From Candidatus Hydrogenedentota bacterium (GTDB lineage: Bacteria; Hydrogenedentota; Hydrogenedentia; Hydrogenedentales; SLHB01): a stretch of 11,523 nucleotides of DNA. The stretch covers positions 1 through 11,523 of the forward strand of contig JAWXCN010000250.1 in assembly GCA_034408725.1 (NCBI GenBank). The letters are read 5' to 3'. Numbering within the stretch: the first letter of the stretch is position 1; each line of letters opens with the position of its first letter. Of this stretch, positions 1 to 6,657 are shown piece after piece. Both the position numbers and the translations under genes were made by a program. Below the pieces are notes generated by a model, which made no database searches, was not told the origin of the DNA, and was given only the letters and a program-made list of their open reading frames with translations.

Positions 1-2524
1 CCTTCGCGGCTTTTGACACCATTTCGACTGCTTCCTGCCCGTCTGCCGCCAACAAAACGTCGAAGCCCAACCGCTGCAACATTCGTTTTGTAATCGAACG
101 CACGTTTTCTTCGTCATCCACGACAAGAATTGTGCCTTCTCCATGCCACAACGATTCCTGATCGAGAATGGTCGGCGCTTTTCTTGACTGTGCCGCATGC
201 GCCGCGACATAGACCGTTATCGTCGTCCCATGTCCCGCGCGCGTCGAAACATTCATGGCGCCACCATGCGCGCGCGCGACGCCAAGAGCGCGCGCGAGCC
301 CCAATCCGCGCGATCTGGTTTTGGTGGTGTAGAACGGATCAAACATTTTGGACGCGACTTCTTCGCTCATTCCGCAACCCGTATCGGTCACCGAAATGGA
401 GATGTAGTCTCCCGGTGGCAATGCATCGCCAACCGATGTTTCGGGAGCGGCGCCCGCGGGAACGGCGCCGGTCTTGACGGTGATGCCGCCACCCGTATCG
501 CCGATGGCATCCGCGGCATTGGCCAATATGACGAGAAGCATTTGGTGCAGGTCCGTGGAATCGCCTTCCAGGCGCGGCAGGTGTTTTGCCAAATCAAGTT
601 CAATCTGGATGCCGCGCGCGATACCGGACCGCATGAATCGAATGGAATCGCTTACGACCGTGTTTATATCCACCGGCTCGGGTGTAAACTCGCCTTCCCC
701 GGCGAATACCAGCAACATCCTGCACAATTCGGACGCGCGTTTGGCGCCTTGCGAAATATCGTCGAAGCAATCACGCGATTCAGGAGTATCGATCATTGGC
801 CGCAAAAGATCGGTGTTGCCCAGGATTCCCATTAGGATGTTATTGAAGTCGTGCGCAATTCCCGAGGCGAGCACGCCTAGGCTCTCCAGCTTTTGTGTAT
901 GGAACATCTGAGCTTCAAGGCGCCGGCGTGATTCGTCGGATGTTTTGCGTTCGGAGACATCACGCATGATGCTCAGGCTTCCGGTAATGACGCCATTGGT
1001 CTCGATCGGCGCGGCTGATACTTCCAACGGAACGATCGAGCCGTCCTGTTTGACGGCCTCGAGCTCGTACAGCCAACGGCTGCGATCACCCGCAAGCCGC
1101 CGTTCCCAGCGCCCGCTGACGCGCTCGCGCGATTCGGCGGTCAGAAAGTTACACGCATACAGGTCTTCGACCTGGCCGGTCATCATCTCGGCGAATTGGC
1201 GCATGGCGGCATTGTGATAGGTCAACCGGCCGTTTATGTCGTGTACGCAAATCATATCGCGCGCGGTCTCCGCCAATAACCGGTATTTCTCCTCGCTTGC
1301 CCGTAGCGCCCCTTCCACGCGGAACCGCTCGGTGACATCGTGCATCAACCAGACCACGCTGTTCTGTGATCGGTGGGTATCGAATTGGAGGATGCGGAGC
1401 TCTCCGTCTTTTCTGCGGATCGTATTGGTAGTGGATGTAGACGATCCTGCGTCGAGGTTTTGTTCGTACTCGACTCTCGCTGTCGTGGATTCTTCGCCGA
1501 ACAGCGCCCAAAACCACTGGTTGACCGTCGTGATCTCGTCGCGGGTGTAGCCAGTTATTTGTTCCGTCGCCCGGTTCATAAACAGATTCTCGCCTTCGAC
1601 ATGGACCGCGCCGCTGGGGAGGCCCTCGACCATGATGCGAAACCGGCGTTCGTTGTTGCGCAAGCGCTCTTCATCTTCTTTCTGCCGTGAAATGTCCGAG
1701 AGAAGGAGGACAACGCCCGCTGGTGTATTGTCAGCGTTGCGCCATGGCGCGCCGCTTGCCCCGAGCATGTGCCGGCTGCCATCGGGCCATTCAACGGCAT
1801 ACTGCATGCCGTGAACAGGTTTGCCCGCGTGCATCACGCGGCGGAATGGCATTTCGGCGTCTTCCAAAGCCGCGCCGCTGGTATTCGTTTGTTTCCATTC
1901 CGGAGCATTGTAGCGCCTGCCCACGGCTTCGCGTTCAGTTACGCCGAGCACGTTTTGGCAGGATTCGTTTGCAAACACGATAGTGCCGCCAAGATCGACG
2001 GTGCATATCGCGCCTGCGCCGGCGTTCATAATGGCTTCGAGCATGGCGCGCTCATTGGCAAGGCGCTCATTGATTTCTGTTCGCTCAATGTTAAAGCGCG
2101 CGAGTTGATCTTGTGCGGTGCGAAGGTCTACCGCGCGTTGATCGAGCGCGCGCTGCAACTCGCCGATTTCGTGTTGACGCGCGGCCTCGGCGGAGGAAAG
2201 TCGTGGTAAAAGGCCGCGCACACCAGCGAAGATCGTAATCGTGATGGCGAAGACGTGCAAAGCCAGGGAAATCAGCGTCGTGATAAGCGTTGGACCGGAC
2301 CAACCCCACGCACCAGGCGCGAGTTGGCGTGCAATGTCGAGGATTACCAAGGCGCAAGCGGCCGCGGCGCACGCCGCAATGACGGCGTAGAGCCGGGCGA
2401 CCGTGGGATACTCTGTTAGTAATTTCGCGCGCGCGAAACACACGACGACGATGTATCCCCATAACCCGGCCAAGCCCGAGTATGCGAATACGAAAAAGAC
2501 AAAACCCCCCGCGCTCAGGCCCAT
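1..2524 (-). CDS. Membrane-anchored PAS-domain hybrid sensor histidine kinase (about 3 TM - 3xPAS - HisKA - HATPase_c - REC), 3'-truncated by the window edge
   Basis: Hand translation gives an uninterrupted frame of 841 codons from ATG 2524-2522, with a GGGGAGGT RBS and in-frame stops upstream. The N-terminus has three hydrophobic segments (MGLSAGGFVFFVFAYSGLAGLWGYIVVVCF, LYAVIAACAAAACALVIL, LITTLISLALHVFAITITIFAGV). Three PAS/PAC units end in DISRQK, DVTERF and DVSERK. H-box: QKLESLGVLASGIAHDFNNIL (His at 851-853). G1 DTGCGM, F-box MFDPFYTTK, G2 RGLGL. The receiver domain starts TILVVDDEENVRSITKRMLQRLGFDVLLAADGQEAV. The gene is absent from the ORF track, presumably because its stop lies outside the window. 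Confidence 0.96.
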   Translation of the reverse strand, partial: MGLSAGGFVFFVFAYSGLAGLWGYIVVVCFARAKLLTEYPTVARLYAVIAACAAAACALVILDIARQLAPGAWGWSGPTLITTLISLALHVFAITITIFAGVRGLLPRLSSAEAARQHEIGELQRALDQRAVDLRTAQDQLARFNIERTEINERLANERAMLEAIMNAGAGAICTVDLGGTIVFANESCQNVLGVTEREAVGRRYNAPEWKQTNTSGAALEDAEMPFRRVMHAGKPVHGMQYAVEWPDGSRHMLGASGAPWRNADNTPAGVVLLLSDISRQKEDEERLRNNERRFRIMVEGLPSGAVHVEGENLFMNRATEQITGYTRDEITTVNQWFWALFGEESTTARVEYEQNLDAGSSTSTTNTIRRKDGELRILQFDTHRSQNSVVWLMHDVTERFRVEGALRASEEKYRLLAETARDMICVHDINGRLTYHNAAMRQFAEMMTGQVEDLYACNFLTAESRERVSGRWERRLAGDRSRWLYELEAVKQDGSIVPLEVSAAPIETNGVITGSLSIMRDVSERKTSDESRRRLEAQMFHTQKLESLGVLASGIAHDFNNILMGILGNTDLLRPMIDTPESRDCFDDISQGAKRASELCRMLLVFAGEGEFTPEPVDINTVVSDSIRFMRSGIARGIQIELDLAKHLPRLEGDSTDLHQMLLVILANAADAIGDTGGGITVKTGAVPAGAAPETSVGDALPPGDYISISVTDTGCGMSEEVASKMFDPFYTTKTRSRGLGLARALGVARAHGGAMNVSTRAGHGTTITVYVAAHAAQSRKAPTILDQESLWHGEGTILVVDDEENVRSITKRMLQRLGFDVLLAADGQEAVEMVSKAAK

Positions 2525-2747
2525 ACTTCCACCTCCCCCAGCGCTGGCACCGGTCCACGGTGCACTTCAACTTCAGGAAGCTTAATGTGTTCCCCCGCTA
2601 CAAACCGGGCCAATAGTGATTCTGCCACAGATTGGCTGACTTGCCAAGACATTTTCGCGGCTACCGCGTTTTTGTCGCTGCAAATACAATCGACAGCGCG
2701 GCATTCGGGTAATTTGTCTCAAGGGGGGCCACCGTACCTTCCCGGAG

Positions 2748-2774
2748 AACTTGAATTAAACGGGGATTCAAGTT
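2748..2774. promoter_or_regulatory. Operator-like inverted repeat AACTTGAAT-N9-ATTCAAGTT
   Basis: Perfect 9-bp AT-rich arms (2748-2756 and 2766-2774) with a 9-bp spacer, in the divergent intergenic region between the kinase and the phosphoesterase-hisB pair. The regulatory function is inferred. Confidence 0.45.
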
Positions 2775-2898
2775 GTAAATCAGGTTGCTTGATCCCTTAC
2801 CCCATACGCATGCAGAATACGCAACGGGCCGGGGGTAGAACGAGGGGTCACGGTCGGCCCGTTACTGTGAAACCGCCGTCAAACGCAAGGTTTGCCGT

Positions 2899-3624
2899 TT
2901 GCGATACGCAATCATTTCGGATATTCATGCCAACCTCGAAGCGCTCGAAGCGGTGTTGGCCCGCATTACACAGCTTAGTGTAGACCAGACTGTGTGTCTG
3001 GGCGATGTCGTGGGGTATAACGCGAGCCCAAACGAATGCTCCGACATCGTGCGGGAAAGTGGCATGCCAACGATTTGTGGCAACCACGATGCCGTGGCCT
3101 GTGGCATCGAAGAACCGTGGGGGTTCAACCCCGTCGCGTTGCAGGCCGCCCTCTGGACGCGCGAGCACCTTTCCGAGACCAACCACCAATGGCTGCGGCA
3201 ATTGCCAGACAACATGAAGTTCGATCACTTCCTGGCCGCGCACGGATCGCCGACGGACCGCGACTGTTATCTGTTTACCTGGGAAGACGTGCTGCCCCAC
3301 CTTTCCTACGTCACCGAGCAGAATTACCGGCTATGCTTCTTCGGACATACGCATAGTCCCGGTATATTCTCGGCGGACGGTATGTACACGGTAGACGACG
3401 ACTCGAAGTTTGCGCTCGGCCAAGGCAAGACATTTTTTATAAATCCGGGTTCGGTAGGCCAGCCGCGCGATGGAGATGCCCGAGCGGCCTTTGGCCTATA
3501 TGACTCCGAAGAGAATGTTTACGAATTGGTCCGGGTCGATTACGACGTGGCAAAGGCCGCGGAACGTATTCGCGACGCCGGGTTGCCGCCGTTCCTGGCG
3601 GACCGCCTTGCGATGGGCCGATAG
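2899..3624 (+). CDS. Calcineurin-like metallophosphoesterase family protein (241 aa)
   Basis: All five metallophosphoesterase motifs are present: SDIHAN, LGDVVGY, GNHD, AHGSP and GHTH. It also has the NPGSVGQPRDGD signature. TTG start with AAGG at 2887-2890. Confidence 0.93.
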   Translation: MRYAIISDIHANLEALEAVLARITQLSVDQTVCLGDVVGYNASPNECSDIVRESGMPTICGNHDAVACGIEEPWGFNPVALQAALWTREHLSETNHQWLRQLPDNMKFDHFLAAHGSPTDRDCYLFTWEDVLPHLSYVTEQNYRLCFFGHTHSPGIFSADGMYTVDDDSKFALGQGKTFFINPGSVGQPRDGDARAAFGLYDSEENVYELVRVDYDVAKAAERIRDAGLPPFLADRLAMGR

Positions 3625-3631
3625 GTGAATC

Positions 3632-4225
3632 ATGAGCCGTAACGCTGAAATAAGCCGCGCCACCGCCGAAACCAGGATCACGCTATCTATTGGTATCGAT
3701 GGCAGTGGCGTTATTGACGCCAGCACGGGAATCGGTTTTTTTGACCACATGCTCACGCACATCGCGAAACATGGACTCTTTGATCTAAAGGTGGACGCAA
3801 AGGGCGATCTTGAAATCGACGCGCACCATACCGTTGAAGACGTCGGAATTTGCCTCGGCAAAGCCGTTGCCCAGGCGCTTGGCGAGATGAAGGGTATTGC
3901 GCGGTTTGGTCACGCCGTGGTGCCGATGGATGAAGCGCTCGCGGAAGTCGCAATTGATTTTAGCGGCCGTCCATTCCTGATATTTCAGGCGGACCTGCCG
4001 CGGGGAAAGGTGGGCGAGTTTGATTCGGAACTGACCGAGGAATTCTTCCGCGCGTTCGCGGTAAACAGCCGCACCACGTTGCACATTGTATTGCGCCACG
4101 GGGCGAATCTACACCATTGCATTGAAGGCGTCTTCAAAGCGTTTGCGCGCGCGCTCGACCGCGCTACCCAACTCGATCCGCGCGTCACGGGCGTTCCCTC
4201 GACGAAGGGCATGCTCGAAAAGTAG
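3632..4225 (+). CDS. hisB: Imidazoleglycerol-phosphate dehydratase (monofunctional, 197 aa)
   Basis: Motifs RxTxET, TGIGFFDHML, IDAHHTVEDVGI, PMDEAL, NLHHCIEGVFKAFARAL and C-terminal VPSTKG. There is no N-terminal HAD phosphatase domain. The RBS AGGTGA overlaps the upstream stop codon. Confidence 0.98.
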   Translation: MSRNAEISRATAETRITLSIGIDGSGVIDASTGIGFFDHMLTHIAKHGLFDLKVDAKGDLEIDAHHTVEDVGICLGKAVAQALGEMKGIARFGHAVVPMDEALAEVAIDFSGRPFLIFQADLPRGKVGEFDSELTEEFFRAFAVNSRTTLHIVLRHGANLHHCIEGVFKAFARALDRATQLDPRVTGVPSTKGMLEK

Positions 4226-4231
4226 CCCGTG

Positions 4232-4714
4232 CTATTCGCCTCGAATTCCCCGCGCCCGAAGCGCATCGTCGACCAACCGGACCTGACGCTCGTTCGGATT
4301 GGCAAACAAATACCCCGCCACAACCTGCGCGGCGCCCCGTTGGGACGTTGTGGTAACCGCTCCGGTCATCGTCAATGCAACATCGGCAGGCGGCGGTAGC
4401 GGAATTGCCGTGGTCTGCACGGTCGCGCGAAGTCCCTCGACTTCAGTTTGAAGCCGGCCCAGTTCAGTGCGCGCCGCGTCGAGGTCTTCCCGAAACCGGA
4501 CGGATTCGTTGTCACTCTTCGCTGCCTGGGCGCGAAGTCCGGCGCATTCGGAATGGAGCCGCTCATTCTCGCGCAGCAACCGCTCGAATTCGCGTAGCGC
4601 CAAGGCTGGGTTTTCATACAAGAGCTGGCCGGAACCTTTGGACACTGCGTGCGCCACAGGGCCTTCCAACTCGACAGGCTCGAAGCGCCGCCATTCGGCA
4701 GGTTTTTCTACCAT
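4232..4714 (-). CDS. Hypothetical protein with central coiled coil (160 aa)
   Basis: ATG with a GGGGGGAG RBS. Heptad-like segment ALREFERLLRENERLHSECAGLRAQ...DLDAARTELGRLQTEVEGLRATVQ followed by a Pro-rich linker (IPLPPPA). The stop lies 6 nt from the hisB stop. No family recognised. Confidence 0.75.
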   Translation of the reverse strand: MVEKPAEWRRFEPVELEGPVAHAVSKGSGQLLYENPALALREFERLLRENERLHSECAGLRAQAAKSDNESVRFREDLDAARTELGRLQTEVEGLRATVQTTAIPLPPPADVALTMTGAVTTTSQRGAAQVVAGYLFANPNERQVRLVDDALRARGIRGE

Positions 4715-4949
4715 GACTGGCTCCCCCCGTTGGTCTGGGGATGAGACATAGTCAGGGCACTAGGGCAGAAATAAATCAATACGCACACGACGCACCTCTG
4801 CGACCCCGCGAAACGCGCCTAAATTTTGGGATGGCGCCACCGCATTGGGCCATCACCGCACGGCCATAGTATGCCATAGACAACCGCTTGGATGCCAGCC
4901 CCCCGGAAAGGGGCGGGTAGGGTTCGCCTAGTCTAGGAATCTAGCCGGG

Positions 4950-4969
4950 CAAGCCCGCGAGGACGCGGG
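4950..4969. repeat. 20-bp hairpin-forming direct repeat, copy 1 (CAAGCCCGCGAGGACGCGGG)
   Basis: Exact match to 5175-5194. Internal stem CCCGCG-AGGA-CGCGGG. Confidence 0.85.
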
Positions 4970-4997
4970 GATTTTAAACGTCCATTTGGTCGCGCGC

Positions 4998-5141
4998 AGC
5001 GCCTTGGAGTGCGGCAGCGGTAGCTGCCGCTTTTACTTCAAGGGACCAGCAGCGCCACGTACCGCTCCAGACCACTTGCAATCCGAATGGAAAGCGGTAG
5101 CTGCGTCCGAAGCGGACTACGCTACCGCAGTCCAAGGCGCT
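4998..5141. repeat. REP-like inverted doublet 1 (REPIN/BIME-like)
   Basis: Left unit AGCGCCTTGGAGT-GCGGCAGC-GGTA-GCTGCCGC-TTT (4998-5033). Inverted right unit AAA-GCGGTAGC...GCTACCGC-AGTCCAAGGCGCT (5091-5141). The same family recurs at 6658-6831. Confidence 0.85.
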
Positions 5142-5174
5142 CCCGCGAATTTTGGGGCGTCACGCCGCTGGTTA

Positions 5175-5194
5175 CAAGCCCGCGAGGACGCGGG
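5175..5194. repeat. 20-bp hairpin-forming direct repeat, copy 2
   Basis: Exact match to 4950-4969. Here the stem extends to GCCCGCG-AGGA-CGCGGGC. Confidence 0.85.
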
Positions 5195-5205
5195 CCCTTC
5201 CTGTT

Positions 5206-5214
5206 TGGTACACT
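5206..5214 (+). promoter_or_regulatory. Possible extended -10 promoter element for the acyltransferase
   Basis: TG-G-TACACT matches TGnTAnnnT and lies 32 nt upstream of ATG 5247. No recognisable -35 element. Confidence 0.35.
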
Positions 5215-5246
5215 CGCGCGCTTGCTTGAGGGGATCGACCAAAATC

Positions 5247-5846
5247 ATGCGCTACTCACTGTTTGACACGCCGGTCGTCACGCCGCTGTTGCGGCTGGTG
5301 TCGAATTTATATCTCTGGGTGATGGGCTGGCATAAGGTCGGTGCATTGCCGGCGGACCCCAGATGTGTGGTTGTTGCCGCGCCACACACGAGCAGTTGGG
5401 ACTTTCCATTGATGCTGGCATGTGTCTTCTCGTATCGGGCCAAAGCTTCCTGGATGGGCAAAAAGAGCATGTTTGTGTGGCCCATCTCCCAAGTCTTGAA
5501 ATGGCTGGGGGGTATACCAATTGACCGTGGAAGGACCACGAACGCCGTCGGACAGGCGGCGCGCGTAATCACTGAAAGCGATCGCATGCTCATGTTTCTT
5601 TCCGCGGAGGGCACCCGCGGCCGCACAAGCAAATGGAAGACTGGTTTTTACCATATCGCCCTTAAAGCGCGCGTGCCCATAGTCTTGTCGTTTGCCGACT
5701 ATGGGCGCAGACGGGTGGGGTTTGGACCATCCTTTGTTCCTACCGGCGATATCGAGAACGACATGAAACTGCTCGCGGAGTTTTATCGGGACATGATTCC
5801 GAAGTATCCCGAGAAGTTCACCGTGCCGGACGTTTCGCAACCTTGA
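5247..5846 (+). CDS. Lysophospholipid/glycerol acyltransferase family protein (PlsC-like, 199 aa)
   Basis: HX4D motif APHTSSWD, followed by WLGGIPIDR, AEGTR and WKTGFYHIA...VPIV. The start is placed at ATG 5247 (RBS GAGGGG 5228-5233) rather than TTG 4986, because that extension runs through the repeat doublet. Confidence 0.92.
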   Translation: MRYSLFDTPVVTPLLRLVSNLYLWVMGWHKVGALPADPRCVVVAAPHTSSWDFPLMLACVFSYRAKASWMGKKSMFVWPISQVLKWLGGIPIDRGRTTNAVGQAARVITESDRMLMFLSAEGTRGRTSKWKTGFYHIALKARVPIVLSFADYGRRRVGFGPSFVPTGDIENDMKLLAEFYRDMIPKYPEKFTVPDVSQP

Positions 5847-5850
5847 AACG

Positions 5851-6594
5851 CTAAGCGGTGAAGCCTCCGTCAACGGTCAGGCTCGCGCCCGTGATGAATC
5901 CTGATTCCGGCCCTGCAATATAGGCAACAAGGCCGGCGACATCTTCAACATTCCCATATCGGTTGAGGGCCAAAAGGCTACGCATGCCTTCATTGGCCGG
6001 TCCATTGGCGGGACACATGTCCGTATCGATAGGCCCAGGCTGAATATTGTTTACCGTGATTCCGCGTGGACCGAGGTCTCGGGCAAGGCCCCGTACAAGT
6101 CCAACAAGCGCGGCCTTACTCATGGCATAGGGCGCGCCCCCGGCGAAGGGCATCCGCTCGGCGGTGCAACTGCCGATGGTGATAATTCGTCCACCTTCAA
6201 CCATGTGGCGGGAGGCTTCCTGCGCACCGACGAATGCGGCGCGGATGTTGATGGCTATAAGGCGATCAAGATCGGCCAAAGAAAATTTTTCGAGTTTCGC
6301 GATCGGCGCGACACCTGCGTTGTTGACCATGACATCCAGCCGTCCGAAAGCTTGGACCGTCTGTTGAATCGCTTTCTTGAGGGCGTCCGCATCCGCGCTG
6401 TCCGCCTGAATTGCCAAGGCGCGCCCGCCCGGGGCTTCAATCTCCGTGGCGACTTCCGCGGCTTTCTGGGGCGAGCTCGAATACGTAAACGCGACGATCG
6501 CGCCCTCCCGTGCAAGCCGCCGGGCTATTTCCGCGCCAATGCCGCGGGAGGCGCCGGTAATGAACGCTACCTTGTTTTCGAGTGCTCTGGACAT
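5851..6594 (-). CDS. Short-chain dehydrogenase/reductase (3-oxoacyl-ACP reductase-like, resembling the BdcA/YjgI group; 247 aa)
   Basis: TGASRGIG Rossmann motif, VNNAG, catalytic YAMSK, NNIQPGPIDTDM and FITGASLTVDGG. The start is placed at ATG 6594 with RBS GGAGAG at 6601-6606. Confidence 0.94.
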   Translation of the reverse strand: MSRALENKVAFITGASRGIGAEIARRLAREGAIVAFTYSSSPQKAAEVATEIEAPGGRALAIQADSADADALKKAIQQTVQAFGRLDVMVNNAGVAPIAKLEKFSLADLDRLIAINIRAAFVGAQEASRHMVEGGRIITIGSCTAERMPFAGGAPYAMSKAALVGLVRGLARDLGPRGITVNNIQPGPIDTDMCPANGPANEGMRSLLALNRYGNVEDVAGLVAYIAGPESGFITGASLTVDGGFTA

Positions 6595-6657
6595 GGTTGG
6601 CTCTCCAAGTTTGATTAAGATGCGCAAGAGTAACACGTGACGGCGGATTCCTGCCCC

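Noticed and set aside
2423..2438. Perfect 16-bp palindrome TTTCGCGCGCGCGAAA
   Set aside because: It lies inside the kinase coding sequence (FARAK) and is mostly a CG dinucleotide run, which is common in this window.
130..2585. Numerous listed ORFs over 130-2585 (e.g. 197..835 +, 1769..2209 +, 2091..2570 -)
   Set aside because: They are antisense or off-frame shadows of the continuous minus-strand hybrid kinase and carry no recognisable motifs.
2748..2774. CIRCE element
   Set aside because: The spacing matches but the arm sequence does not resemble TTAGCACTC, and no chaperone gene is adjacent.
2585..2983. 132-aa plus-strand ORF across the divergent intergenic region
   Set aside because: No motif or clear RBS, it overlaps the phosphoesterase start out of frame, and it is not a His-rich leader peptide.
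4895..4960. tRNA or SRP RNA suggested by GGTTCG and CCGGAAAGG
   Set aside because: No cloverleaf, T-loop consensus or CCA end, and the SRP domain IV motif is not matched.
4950..5194. Mini CRISPR array
   Set aside because: Only two 20-bp copies 225 bp apart, no regular spacers and no cas genes.
4986..5246. 87-aa N-terminal extension of the acyltransferase in the ORF track
   Set aside because: It translates the REP doublet. The family-typical start with an RBS is ATG 5247.
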